DNA of 37,271 bases from Candidatus Woesearchaeota archaeon (lineage in GTDB: Archaea > Nanobdellota > Nanobdellia > Woesearchaeales > UBA12501), in NCBI GenBank assembly GCA_014729495.1, contig WJJV01000048.1:1-37271 (forward strand), read 5' to 3'. A model generated the notes under the pieces. The model searched no databases. It had not been told where the DNA came from and was given only the letters and a program-made list of their open reading frames with translations. The translations under genes were made by a program, and so were the position numbers. This document shows positions 16,713-26,389 of this stretch, piece after piece; position 1 is the stretch's first letter; each line of letters opens with the position of its first letter.

Positions 16713-17774
16713 ATGGCAAGGATAATGTATGGAGTGTGCAGTGAAGGCATGGGGCATGCCACAAGATCAGAGCCTATTCTGCAGCAGCTCACTAAAAAGC
16801 ACGAAGTCAGGATATTCTCTGGAAGCAGGTCATACCATTATCTTGATAGATTATTCAAGGATGTTAACAGGATCCATGGCCTGCATATAAGATACAAAAA
16901 GAACAGGGTGAGTAAGACAAGGACAGTTTTGGAGAATCTCATCAGGGCCCCTGCATTATACAAAGATTTCAAGAGGATTCTGAAGGAGCATGACAGTTTC
17001 AAGCCTGACATAATCATATCTGATTATGAGATCATTACATCATACTGCGCGCTCTTAAGAAACACGCCTCTAATAAGTCTGGATAACCAGCATATCATAA
17101 GGCACAAGGTGGAATTGCCAAGAGGAAGCCTGCAGGAGTACATAGAGACAAAGATAGTGAACAGGATAAACATGCCGACAGCCACAAGATACATAGTTGC
17201 CTCATTCTTCAGGCCTGAGAGGATGAGATCCAGGACAAAGGTGATCCCTCCAATAATAAGAGAGAAGATACTGGAAGAGAAGCCTGCAAATACAGCAGAT
17301 AACAGGCGCACCCTTGTATACCAGACATCAGATACCAATCTAAAGCTTCTTAAGGACCTGAAGAAGATAGACCAGAGATTCATAATATTCGGCTTCAACA
17401 AAAACAAGAGAGTAAAAAACCTTGAGTTCAGAAGATTTGATGAGAAGGAATTCATAAGAGCTCTCTGCGAATGCAAGGCAGTGATAACAAACGGAGGATT
17501 CACTTTGATAACCGAAGCGATACAGCTAAGAAAGCCCGTCCTTTCCATACCTGTCAAGAATCAGTTTGAGCAGATGCTTAATGCGCATTACATACAGAAA
17601 CTTGGATATGGCATGGATGTCAGGGAGTCATCCAGAGATAAGATTGCTGAATTCATGAAAAGGATTCCTGAATATGAGAAGAACCTCAGGAAACGTGTCC
17701 AGGCAGGCAATGAAGAAGCTGTAAGGGAAATAGAAGAGTTCATAAACTCAACATCTTCCTCAATATCTTCATAA
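16713..17774 (+). CDS. MJ1255/VC2487-family GT-B glycosyltransferase
   Basis: RIMYGVCSEGMGHATRS, PDIIISDYE, ISLDNQH, VITNGGFTLITEA, PVKNQFEQMLNA. ATG 16713 preferred over TTG 16674, which lies inside the repeat. Confidence 0.88.
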   Translation: MARIMYGVCSEGMGHATRSEPILQQLTKKHEVRIFSGSRSYHYLDRLFKDVNRIHGLHIRYKKNRVSKTRTVLENLIRAPALYKDFKRILKEHDSFKPDIIISDYEIITSYCALLRNTPLISLDNQHIIRHKVELPRGSLQEYIETKIVNRINMPTATRYIVASFFRPERMRSRTKVIPPIIREKILEEKPANTADNRRTLVYQTSDTNLKLLKDLKKIDQRFIIFGFNKNKRVKNLEFRRFDEKEFIRALCECKAVITNGGFTLITEAIQLRKPVLSIPVKNQFEQMLNAHYIQKLGYGMDVRESSRDKIAEFMKRIPEYEKNLRKRVQAGNEEAVREIEEFINSTSSSISS

Positions 17775-18452
17775 TCATGCCTCGGAAGTGTTGTTAAACA
17801 TAATATACTTCTTGTACAGCATAAAACCTCCTACAAATAATATCCCCCCTATAAGATTGTTGACAAGATCCATTGATGTGTTCTCCCATGGCCCTTCAGA
17901 AGGGGATGTATCTCCATCTCCGAACTCCAGGAATCCTTCTCCTATACCTAGATAGCTGTATCCCAGATACTCGTTTATCTCATTCATGGCACCGAACCCA
18001 AGCATGCAGAGGAGCAGGACAATGAATATTATGTAATAGCTCCTGAATGACTTCCTAAGGTATGGGAACATAAGGGAGCTGAATGCAAGCGAGAAGAATC
18101 CGAATCCAAAGGAATGGACAATCCAATCATAATGGTATCCAAGCTGAGGAGCTCCGTAAAGAGTTCCAACATAGCCTTCATAAGGGATTATATGATAAAG
18201 CCCGATTATATTGAAGAAAAGGCCAATGCCCAATCCAATAGGCACAAGAGGGCTTACTCCGGCAATAAGATGTATTATAAATCCCAATGAGATCAATGCA
18301 AGAGCAGCTATGAAGTCAAGATGGGGAGGGAAATGTCCATAAATGAATGATCCTGCAAACTGCAAAGCATAGAAAGCAAAGACTATCACAAACAATAATG
18401 AAGTGGAGTCTTTTGCTCTTGAATGTATTCTCTGGATCTGGGAGTTTGCCAT
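17775..18452 (-). CDS. Integral membrane protein, DUF2238/VanZ-like
   Basis: YDWIVHSFG, GAMNEINEY, WENTSMDLVNNLIG pattern; about 6 TMs. Confidence 0.6.
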   Translation of the reverse strand: MANSQIQRIHSRAKDSTSLLFVIVFAFYALQFAGSFIYGHFPPHLDFIAALALISLGFIIHLIAGVSPLVPIGLGIGLFFNIIGLYHIIPYEGYVGTLYGAPQLGYHYDWIVHSFGFGFFSLAFSSLMFPYLRKSFRSYYIIFIVLLLCMLGFGAMNEINEYLGYSYLGIGEGFLEFGDGDTSPSEGPWENTSMDLVNNLIGGILFVGGFMLYKKYIMFNNTSEA

Positions 18453-18513
18453 TGGACTATGATTGTGCTATCCTCTAGAGCTAGTTTGCACAATGTTATA
18501 CAGAATCACCCCT

Positions 18514-19854
18514 TTACTTTGCAGTATGCCCAGCAGTGTCCTTATCAAGAAGATACCACTCCATGGGCTTTCCTAGCACAGACTTGAATATGCCTTTATT
18601 TACATAAAATGTTGTTATGATGCCTACGCTGAATGATGAGAGCAGCATCTTTGCAAGATATCTTGCTTTCTTTGCCCGGTATAATGAGACTATACTGGCG
18701 ATTATGAGGCCTGAAGTGAGGAGTATGTTGATGGTCATTTCAGAGAAGAATCTCGGAAGATCTATCGGTCCTGGCCTGTGGGTCAGAAAGCTTAGAGTTC
18801 CGAAAGTGAATAAAGCGAGTATCATCACAGGAAGCACGTAACCGAATCCTGCAAAGAAGCTCAGCGCCTTTCTCTTGATTGATATTGACCTGTTGATTAT
18901 CAGTGACCCTGCATGCTCTATGTAGGATGATATGACTCCATACGCCCATCTCATCTGCTGTTTGTAGAGGTCTTTTGCCTTATGGGGAACATCGCTATAG
19001 CATTCAAGTTCAGGAAGGTACATAATGCCTTTGTTGTTCTTGTGAAGCCTCAGGGAGTATTCTATATCTTCTGTCAGGCTTCCTGATTTCCATCTTCCAA
19101 GCTTTATCAGATCGCTTTTCTTGACAGCCTCTGCTGATCCGCACAGGGTGCCTGTATTGTGCTTCTTAAGGAATGTCAGCACAATATGATGGAAGACATA
19201 CACTATTGTGGAAGCCAGCACTGTGACATAGTTCTGGTTGAAGTTATTGAAGTTCCATCTTGCCTGCACTGCAGACAGGTTCTTGTTATGCTGGAAAGGC
19301 GCGATTATCCTCTTGAGGAAATCCCTGCCAGGCGTGAAATCAGAATCAAATACTACTATATAGTCCCCTTTTGAATGCTTCAGCATATTATTGAGGTTTC
19401 CTGGCTTGAAACCTATATTCTTCTGCCTCTTGATGACCTTCACTCTTTCATGCAATCCTGCAAACTCAGCAAGCTGACCTGATATGGCCGGATCATCACT
19501 GTCATCTCCTATCAGTACCTCATACCTGTCCTTTGGATAGTCAAAACCAAGGCAGTTTTCTGCGCATCTCAGTGCTATAGACTCATTTCTGGTGGGAATC
19601 TGGATAGTGATGAATGGGGCATTGCTTGAGTCAAAACTTTTCTCTTTATGCCTCTTCCTGGAGAGAACAGCAGACACAGAAAGCACAAGGTACACTGTTG
19701 TTATGAAAACAGTCATACAAAGGAAAACATAGAATATATTGTCAAATATCACATGCATAACATCAAGTATCTCTCTTCCATGAGCTATATTCCACTTGAG
19801 AAAAGAGGAATTAATCTGAATCATCCAGTCAATAACGTCCATGAGCAGTCCCAT
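18514..19854 (-). CDS. Processive GT2 glycosyltransferase (cellulose-synthase-like)
   Basis: IQIPTRNE, DDSDD, GFKPGNLN, FDSD, TEDI, QQMRW; flanking TMs. Confidence 0.9.
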   Translation of the reverse strand: MGLLMDVIDWMIQINSSFLKWNIAHGREILDVMHVIFDNIFYVFLCMTVFITTVYLVLSVSAVLSRKRHKEKSFDSSNAPFITIQIPTRNESIALRCAENCLGFDYPKDRYEVLIGDDSDDPAISGQLAEFAGLHERVKVIKRQKNIGFKPGNLNNMLKHSKGDYIVVFDSDFTPGRDFLKRIIAPFQHNKNLSAVQARWNFNNFNQNYVTVLASTIVYVFHHIVLTFLKKHNTGTLCGSAEAVKKSDLIKLGRWKSGSLTEDIEYSLRLHKNNKGIMYLPELECYSDVPHKAKDLYKQQMRWAYGVISSYIEHAGSLIINRSISIKRKALSFFAGFGYVLPVMILALFTFGTLSFLTHRPGPIDLPRFFSEMTINILLTSGLIIASIVSLYRAKKARYLAKMLLSSFSVGIITTFYVNKGIFKSVLGKPMEWYLLDKDTAGHTAK

Positions 19855-19882
19855 AAAAACCTCTTTTTGTGCCTCTCTTGTG

Positions 19883-21142
19883 TCAGTTTATAAAGTACTT
19901 CCTCTTTAAAAATATTAGCTTTATAAGGCCTATAACTGTGATACTATTTAAAATTATCGTGTAAGGGAAATAGAAGAATATTCCAAATGCATTCTTAAAG
20001 CTGTACCTGTCTCTGAACATATGGATTGCCCTGATTATCAGTGCAGCGCTGATGATTCCTGAAAGCACTCCGAATATGCTGTATATTGATATACCCCACT
20101 CAGGAAGCTTGTATACAACATAGACCGGACCCAGAAGGGAGAACCATCTGAAAAGATACATGAAAAGCATTGTGAAGGTCTCTGTGTTGTATGGCATCCA
20201 GTAGAACACCTGGTATGCTATTATTGGAAAGGATATCACAGCATAGAACGACCACCAGTACTGGTTTATGAACAGGAAGAGTATAGAAGGGCTGGATTTA
20301 GATGAAAAAAGCCTCTTGTTCTTCCATAATGACTGCAGCACACCCATCCACCATCTTGTCCTCTGCTTGAGAAGCTCTGAGAATGTCGCAGGGACTCTCA
20401 CATAGCCGAATGCGTCATGCACATTTATTGTCTTGTACCCTTCTGAATAGAGCTCCAGGCTCATGTCAGCATCCTCTGTGAGAGCATCCTTCTTGAAATA
20501 CCCCACTTTCTCAAGTATCTCCCTCCTGTAGCAGGCAAATGCCCCGAAGAACCAGATGCCTTCATTGAAGAGTGTCGAGAAGCTCTTTCTTATCAGATTG
20601 TTATAGTGATACTCAACATTCTGGAAAAGTGCCCATATCGTGGTAGTGTTGTTTGCGATGCAAGACCCATTTGTTGCCGCTACTTTGCAAGAGGCAAAAG
20701 GAGCTGTCAACTTTTTCAGAGCATTCCTTTCGAGCACTGTATCTGCGTCAACAGTGAATACTATCTCGTTTCTGGAATTCCTTATGCCAAGATTAAGGGC
20801 TTCTGACTTTCCTTTGTGGTCTGCCTTCAGTATCTTCAGATCCTTGAATAGATTTCTGAGGGACTCGGCATTCCTTAATGTGCTGTCTGTGCTTCCATCA
20901 TCTACTATTATGACCTCCATCTTTTCAGAAGGATAAGAAAGCGCATACACTCCTTTTACGCATTCTGATATGTTCTTCTCCTCATTATAGCAAGGGATTA
21001 CAACACTGACAGTGGGTTCGTATGAAAGATCCTCCTGCTTCCTGAGAAACGAGAATATCACAGTCAACAGGACTAGAGAAAGGAATGCGAACAGCCCTGC
21101 AAATATGAAACTTCCAAAGATCATAACCAGATTTTCTGCCAT
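19883..21142 (-). CDS. Processive GT2 glycosyltransferase (PgaC/IcaA/CESA-like)
   Basis: VVIPCYNEE, VDDGSTD, GKSEALN, VDAD, TEDAD, QRTRW; C-terminal TMs. Confidence 0.9.
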   Translation of the reverse strand: MAENLVMIFGSFIFAGLFAFLSLVLLTVIFSFLRKQEDLSYEPTVSVVIPCYNEEKNISECVKGVYALSYPSEKMEVIIVDDGSTDSTLRNAESLRNLFKDLKILKADHKGKSEALNLGIRNSRNEIVFTVDADTVLERNALKKLTAPFASCKVAATNGSCIANNTTTIWALFQNVEYHYNNLIRKSFSTLFNEGIWFFGAFACYRREILEKVGYFKKDALTEDADMSLELYSEGYKTINVHDAFGYVRVPATFSELLKQRTRWWMGVLQSLWKNKRLFSSKSSPSILFLFINQYWWSFYAVISFPIIAYQVFYWMPYNTETFTMLFMYLFRWFSLLGPVYVVYKLPEWGISIYSIFGVLSGIISAALIIRAIHMFRDRYSFKNAFGIFFYFPYTIILNSITVIGLIKLIFLKRKYFIN

Positions 21143-21179
21143 TCTACCTTATCCTGTCTAAATTATTGATTATCATGGA

Positions 21180-21473
21180 TCATTCAATAACAATCCTGCC
21201 AGTGGATGTAAGTATCAATACCCCAAGAGCGATTATGAATGAGATAGCAGCAATAAATACAGATACAGAAGCTAAAACAATCCCGCCATACCTCTCTGGC
21301 TGCTTTATTGAACGATGGATCGCTTTTGACCCGAAGTAGATTGATGCTGGCATGAAAACAAATACATTGAACAGAGGCACCCAGAACAGCATTGCAAATC
21401 CGAGAGATGCCCATGCTAACCTTTTATCTTTCTTTATTTGCTTTTTTCTGTTTGTTCTCTTCGTGCTCACCAT
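21180..21473 (-). CDS. Small membrane protein (DUF4190-like)
   Basis: Basic N-terminus, TM hairpin, RYGG..LA motif, third TM. Confidence 0.6.
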   Translation of the reverse strand: MVSTKRTNRKKQIKKDKRLAWASLGFAMLFWVPLFNVFVFMPASIYFGSKAIHRSIKQPERYGGIVLASVSVFIAAISFIIALGVLILTSTGRIVIE

Positions 21474-21543
21474 ATTAACCTATCCTACCTCATCTGCAGG
21501 CTAAAGCTTGATCCTGCCATCAATTATTATCAGTTATTATCAG

Positions 21544-22005
21544 TTATTTTGTACCTTTCTGCTTGACCCTAATAGCATCCCCTATAGTGAATTCTGCAGT
21601 CTTTCTCTTGGTGGAAAGAGCCCCTCCTTTCTCATCATATTTCTCAATCAGCCTTATTTTAAAAAAGTTTTCAAGTTTCTTCGCCAGATTGATACTGGGC
21701 TCCATCTGGCCTGACTCTACCTTCTGGATGACTGACTGCTTCTCTGCGATCTTTTTTGCGAGGTCATCCTGGCTTATCCCGGCTTCTTCCCTCTTCTTCC
21801 TTATGATCCTGCTATACTCCGGGACAATGATGTCCAGGGATTCTGGCTTCTGCTCTCTTACTTCCTTTTGCTTTTTGACAAATCTCACAGGACTGGGGAT
21901 TGCCTTTCCGAATTTTGCGCAGCCGCTGCATACATTCAGCTCTGTGCCTTCAACAAGGGCGCGGACAAGCTTGCCCTCTGCACCGCACATATCGCAACTC
22001 GGCAT
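21544..22005 (-). CDS. mbf1: Archaeal multiprotein bridging factor 1 (TIGR00270; Zn ribbon + HTH)
   Basis: CDMCG..VEGTELNVCSGCAKFG, REEAGISQDDLAKKI, terminal TIGD. Alternative GTG start at 22014. Confidence 0.93.
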   Translation of the reverse strand: MPSCDMCGAEGKLVRALVEGTELNVCSGCAKFGKAIPSPVRFVKKQKEVREQKPESLDIIVPEYSRIIRKKREEAGISQDDLAKKIAEKQSVIQKVESGQMEPSINLAKKLENFFKIRLIEKYDEKGGALSTKRKTAEFTIGDAIRVKQKGTK

Positions 22006-22010
22006 GTTAT

Positions 22011-22436
22011 TCACTTCCTCTCTCTGTATCCAGTATCTTCCAGCATTGTGAGTATGATATTCCTGTTTTTTGGACCATCAAAATCACATAAAAATATGTC
22101 CTGCCATGTTCCAAGCATAAGCTCGCTGCCTTCTATAGGTATTGATTCACTAGGACCTATGATAGAGGCTTTTATGTGCGCTGCCGCATTATTGTCGACC
22201 TTATCATGCAGCCATCGCCCTTCAGGCACAAGCTTTTCAAGAGCATTGAGGATATCCTTTTTTACATTAGGATCTGCGTTCTCATTGATGGTTATGGCAG
22301 CAGTTGCATGAGGAACATATATGCTGCAGATTCCTCTCTTGATTCCTGAATGTGCAACTACCTCTTTGACCTTGCCTGTTATGTCAACTAGCTCATACTT
22401 TGCTGATGTTGAAATGCTTATTCGCTTCTGCATCAT
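22011..22436 (-). CDS. yjbQ: YjbQ/UPF0047 family protein
   Basis: VPHATAAITINENADP, HD..NNAAAHIKAS, LGTWQDIFLCDFDGP. The ORF-track extension to 22508 runs through tRNA-Cys and is spurious. Confidence 0.92.
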   Translation of the reverse strand: MMQKRISISTSAKYELVDITGKVKEVVAHSGIKRGICSIYVPHATAAITINENADPNVKKDILNALEKLVPEGRWLHDKVDNNAAAHIKASIIGPSESIPIEGSELMLGTWQDIFLCDFDGPKNRNIILTMLEDTGYRERK

Positions 22437-22438
22437 GA

Positions 22439-22557
22439 AGGCGGAGCCGGGATTTGAACCCGGAATCTTCGGGATCCGCAGATCATCGATGATTCCTTTC
22501 ATGATCATCTCATCATCCCGTTGCAGCCGAATGCCTTAGCCGTTTGGCCACTCCGCC
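22439..22557 (-). tRNA. tRNA-Cys(GCA) with 47-nt intron at 37/38 (22474-22520)
   Basis: Acceptor stem GGCGGAG/CTCCGCC with U73; anticodon stem TTCGG/CCGAA; T-arm CCGGG-TTCAAAT-CCCGG; BHB helix CTGC/GCGG; mature length 72 nt. Confidence 0.95.
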
Positions 22558-22610
22558 AACGCACAAATAATCAAGACCAATAAAGCAGTCATGTATTATT
22601 AGTCGTATTA

Positions 22611-22677
22611 TTAGTTGTCTAAAAAGACAACTAAAAAAGACAAAACTGCCGGCATTAAGCTTGTCCGGCGTTTTTGC
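22611..22677. terminator. Hairpins/T-tracts between the two tRNA genes
   Basis: Perfect 10-bp IR TTAGTTGTCT-AAAA-AGACAACTAA (22611-22634), and a GCCGG..CCGGC hairpin followed by T-runs on the minus strand. Confidence 0.45.
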
Positions 22678-22687
22678 CTTTATTAAA

Positions 22688-22875
22688 CGGACCCAGAGGG
22701 ACTTCCGAACCTTTTATGACCCTGATGATCATAAGGATATTCGAACCCTCGATCCTCAGCTTGCTTTAGGCTGTTTCAAAACCTTGAAAACAGCCATTAG
22801 AAGGCTGATGCCTTATTTGCCCAGCAATGCGCTTCCTAAGAAGAGCTCATGGCTGCCAGACTAGGCTATGGGTCC
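22688..22875 (-). tRNA. tRNA-Arg(TCT) with three introns (19/20, 37/38, 59/60)
   Basis: Exons 22875-22856, 22816-22798, 22761-22740 and 22701-22688 join to a 75-nt cloverleaf GGACCCA TA GCCT AGTCTGGATA AGGC A TCAGC CTTCTAA GCTGA GGATC GAGGG TTCGAAT CCCTC TGGGTCC G. Each junction folds as a BHB. Confidence 0.93.
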
Positions 22876-22900
22876 GTAAATCAAGAATTGAGAGCTTTTG

Positions 22901-22915
22901 TTTATAAATATTATG
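22901..22915 (-). promoter_or_regulatory. TATA promoter of tRNA-Arg
   Basis: Minus-strand TATTTATAAA ending about 25 nt upstream of the mature 5' end. Confidence 0.6.
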
Positions 22916-22925
22916 GCATCGCAGC

Positions 22926-24005
22926 TCATGTAAGCCATGTCTTCTGGTTCTTGAGCTTTTCAGGAAGATACTTGTCTATCACATAGTTCAGATTGTATTT
23001 GGCAAATGCCTGCTGCTCTGCTCTCTTGCCTTGCTTGAGCATGAGCCTGAGAGCCTTCTCCCAGTCCTTGTTCTCATGGACAAAAGGATCATTCTTTATT
23101 CCATCCTTTATCCTCTTTATATCTACCTCTTTAAGAGGGTGTGTAGGAAGCTTATAGTCAAGTATGTCCTGAGGAGTCACTCCTATGAACTTTGCATTGG
23201 GAACGCAGAAGAACTGGTTTATATGGGCAGCATTTCCTGATCCCACCTTTAGTGTCCTGTATATATTGAGGAATCCATAAGGGTCTCCGTCTGTGAATAC
23301 ATAGACCGGAAGCTTCTTCTGGTCACTAAGACGTCTTATGAACCTTCTGCATGCCCTTGTGGGAACACCGCCCATGCTGATAAGTATGCAGTTGGCCTTT
23401 TTCCAGTATCCATGCTTGACAAGCCTCTGGAACATACCTGCTGTCTCTATCGCGAGTATAAATTTTGCATTGGTCTCAAACTTAAGTTCCTCAACTGATG
23501 TGGGCACAGAATATGCTCCTGAACCGAATTTAGTGCAGTCAACCTTTATTGTCTTGCCTGTCTCATCCTTGTCAACAACAACAAGCCTGCCTGCCACAGC
23601 ACCCCCTTTCTCTTCGGGTATGAATCCTAGCTGTTCCCGGTTAACAGATATCATGGCTTCTATATCATCCATGACAGTATCTGATTCTGGCTGTTCCTTG
23701 AACATGGCATCTCCCCAGTTCTTGCTCACATAATACATCTCTCTCTTTGTGGCTATATCATCATTCTCAATTATCTTCTTTGACTCATTCATCATGAGAA
23801 GGGTCTGGGCAAAGGTCTTGATTGTAGACGCCGCCAGCGCTCTCTTCATAGTCTTTCCCTTGAGCTCAAAGTAGCCGTCTTTAGGATTATAGGTTACATT
23901 CTGGAGGGATCTTATGGGCATCTCAAGTAAAGGGGCTTTTTTCTTCACTATGGAATTATGCACATCCTTAGCTATGCTCCTGAGGCTTTTTATGACATCA
24001 CTCAT
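22926..24005 (-). CDS. top6A: DNA topoisomerase VI subunit A
   Basis: TKREMYY (catalytic Tyr), [36 protein letters not shown] 24005 overlaps the top6B stop. Confidence 0.96.
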   Translation of the reverse strand: MSDVIKSLRSIAKDVHNSIVKKKAPLLEMPIRSLQNVTYNPKDGYFELKGKTMKRALAASTIKTFAQTLLMMNESKKIIENDDIATKREMYYVSKNWGDAMFKEQPESDTVMDDIEAMISVNREQLGFIPEEKGGAVAGRLVVVDKDETGKTIKVDCTKFGSGAYSVPTSVEELKFETNAKFILAIETAGMFQRLVKHGYWKKANCILISMGGVPTRACRRFIRRLSDQKKLPVYVFTDGDPYGFLNIYRTLKVGSGNAAHINQFFCVPNAKFIGVTPQDILDYKLPTHPLKEVDIKRIKDGIKNDPFVHENKDWEKALRLMLKQGKRAEQQAFAKYNLNYVIDKYLPEKLKNQKTWLT

Positions 24006-25704
24006 TTTCTTCAGCTTCCTCCTCGGTCTTTCCGCTCTCCTCTTTCTCATTTCCTATCCTGGCGAATTCCTCATCATAATCAGCATTCTCCATCTCAACC
24101 TTCTGCAGCTTGCCTCTCTTCTTTTCCAATATCTCCTTCAGGTTGTTCTCTATCTGATCTTCATCACTCTTTTTGAGGTCAAGAATCTGCTGCAATGCCT
24201 GCCCTACATAAGGCATGTACTTCTCTATATAGCTTCTCTTCTTAAGCTCGTCTGAGTATCTCTTCTTCTTTTTTGTGTACTGCGCCAGCTTCCTTCCTGC
24301 TTCCTGCAAAGCGAGCTTTATCTCCTTGATTATCTCAGGATAGTGGGCTATGGCCTCTTTTGCTTCTGAAGTGAATGGGGCCCATACTGAAGCCACATGA
24401 ACAACGATTATTGCAGGCCCCACAGGTATTGAATTCTGGCTCTGGCTAAGCCCGTAGTTCCTCCATAATGTTGATGAGATGGATTCTGTTATAGCGCAGG
24501 CTCCCTGCTGGTAGAGCAGAGGCACCCTGTTTGCGAATCTCATTATCCTGACATGCTTGTCTCCTGGAAGCTCTCCGCCGTATGCGATTGCAGCTTCTAC
24601 CTGGAATGGATTTCCTCTGTATACAGAAGGGGATCTTGTCACAGAGCAATAGAATTCTGCGTTGATCTCTTTCTTTAGTCCTTTCAGAAGCAGCTCCTCG
24701 CCTATGGGGCTGACGCAGTCAGTAGGGGGGGCGATTATCTTAGTGTCTCTTATTGCTGCTATGAGCCTTTCTGCCTGATCCCTGTTAGCGGACTTGGGCT
24801 TTGTGCTTGGAAGCACACCTGCTTTTGAGCATATCTCTTTGGATACTGCAGAACTTACTCTTGAGAATTCATTCATGAAAAAGCTCTGAAGTGTTTTTGC
24901 CTCAGACCATTTCATCATCTTTATGAGCATTCCTATCTCAATACCGTAAGGATGAGGCTTTATCTCTTTTGTATGCTTAGGAAGCTGGTCTGTTGCTCTT
25001 GCGAATATAAGCTGTTCTGCTTTTGGATTTGTGTAGATGATGGTCGCATGAGGATTTACAATAGCTGTCTGCTTGAGATAGTTGTCAACAGACTGCCCTC
25101 CCTGCTGGTATGAAGCCTCAAGGTCAAGCTCAATCCTGGTGCCATGGTCTTTTTTCCATTCCTTTGAGTCCTCTTTGAATATCTCGGGCTTGTTCTTCTG
25201 GGTGTTTATGTGCAGGTCATATGCATGAGCAGGGTCATCAGGAGATATCTTTGATACTATCTTTATTGGTTTGCCTGTTGTCAGCTGTCCGTATAGGGCA
25301 GCTGCGCTTATCCCTATGCCCTGCTGGCCTCTGCTCTGCTTCAGTGTGTGGAACTTTGATCCGTAAAGAAGCTTTGCGAAGATATTTGGCATGTTCTTCT
25401 TTATTATTCCTGGGCCGTTGTCCTCTATTATAATCCTGAACCTGTCATTCTTCATATCAATGAGTTCCACAGAAAGCTCTGGAGCTATATTTGCATCCTC
25501 GCACGCATCAAGACTGTTGTCTACTGCCTCTTTAACTGTGGTAAGCAAGGCTTTCTTCTTGTTGTCAAAACCCAGAAGGTGCCTGTTCTTCTCAAAGAAT
25601 TCTGCTACTGATATCTCTCTGTGCTTTTCTGCCAGCTCATAGGCTATTGGCTTTTTGCTTTCCTCTTTTTTTTCTGACAGCTTTGTCTGCGACTCTTTAG
25701 CCAT
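23998..25704 (-). CDS. top6B: DNA topoisomerase VI subunit B
   Basis: [56 protein letters not shown] 25704 overlaps the upstream stop. Confidence 0.97.
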   Translation of the reverse strand: MAKESQTKLSEKKEESKKPIAYELAEKHREISVAEFFEKNRHLLGFDNKKKALLTTVKEAVDNSLDACEDANIAPELSVELIDMKNDRFRIIIEDNGPGIIKKNMPNIFAKLLYGSKFHTLKQSRGQQGIGISAAALYGQLTTGKPIKIVSKISPDDPAHAYDLHINTQKNKPEIFKEDSKEWKKDHGTRIELDLEASYQQGGQSVDNYLKQTAIVNPHATIIYTNPKAEQLIFARATDQLPKHTKEIKPHPYGIEIGMLIKMMKWSEAKTLQSFFMNEFSRVSSAVSKEICSKAGVLPSTKPKSANRDQAERLIAAIRDTKIIAPPTDCVSPIGEELLLKGLKKEINAEFYCSVTRSPSVYRGNPFQVEAAIAYGGELPGDKHVRIMRFANRVPLLYQQGACAITESISSTLWRNYGLSQSQNSIPVGPAIIVVHVASVWAPFTSEAKEAIAHYPEIIKEIKLALQEAGRKLAQYTKKKKRYSDELKKRSYIEKYMPYVGQALQQILDLKKSDEDQIENNLKEILEKKRGKLQKVEMENADYDEEFARIGNEKEESGKTEEEAEENE

Positions 25705-26281
25705 TTTGGTCATTGGTTTCCTTGAATACATCCTGGTCTAAAGCACTTATTTTTAATTCTTTGCTTTTTTTCTCCAGACGCCTGTAGACAGCTGAATGCT
25801 TCGCTCCTGAGATAAGGCTTTCAACTGCCTTTCTTGCAAGATCAGCGTTGAGATGCTTCCCTATAATCGAGACAGTCTTTCCATACACTGATATGCTTGT
25901 TTCAGTTAGGTCCTCTATTGTCTTTCTTGACTTGCCATCTTCCCCGATTATTCTTCCTCTGATTCTCATCAGCTTCTTTTTTGACTTTCCTGCTGTATCA
26001 GAGATGTTGATTATCTCAAGGCAGTAGTCCTGCTTGAGAAGAAGCATGGCAAACTCAGGATTGAATCCCCTGCCTATTGCCTTGATTATCTCTCTTGCTG
26101 AAAGAAGGCCTACAGGCTCCCGTCCGATCACCCTTACATCGCCTTCTTTTGAGTCAATCACAATCCTGGCGTGGGTCTCTTTCTCAATCTGCTTCTTGAT
26201 CTCGCCATCCTTTCCTATGAGCACAGCTACTCTTTCCTTGGGAATCTTCAGATCATAAAAGTAATCCATATCTGGTTGCAT
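25697..26281 (-). CDS. KH-domain RNA-processing protein (Dim2/Pno1/Krr1-like)
   Basis: [56 protein letters not shown] at 26305-26312 suggests a leaderless ATG at 26281. Confidence 0.93.
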   Translation of the reverse strand: MQPDMDYFYDLKIPKERVAVLIGKDGEIKKQIEKETHARIVIDSKEGDVRVIGREPVGLLSAREIIKAIGRGFNPEFAMLLLKQDYCLEIINISDTAGKSKKKLMRIRGRIIGEDGKSRKTIEDLTETSISVYGKTVSIIGKHLNADLARKAVESLISGAKHSAVYRRLEKKSKELKISALDQDVFKETNDQNG

Positions 26282-26389
26282 ATACAAAAATCAGAAATCC
26301 TCTATTTTTAAAGCTTTGTAAACAGAAGCTGATGACTTATTATATTTTTTATAAAAACATTTAAAAATAGCAGGATAATAGATATTTGC

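Noticed and set aside
22437-22508. N-terminal extension of YjbQ in the ORF track
   Set aside because: It is a read-through of tRNA-Cys sequence (IPGSNPGSA is the T-arm).
22474-22520. Nested second intron inside the tRNA-Cys intron
   Set aside because: No second BHB with paired flanking helices could be built from the GATGAT repeats.
22594-22615. Direct repeat TATTATTAGT x2 as an att site next to tRNA
   Set aside because: AT-rich, upstream of the tRNA 5' end rather than a duplicated 3' end, and no integrase nearby.
22661-22864. 67-aa plus-strand ORF
   Set aside because: Antisense to the triple-intron tRNA-Arg; no protein features.
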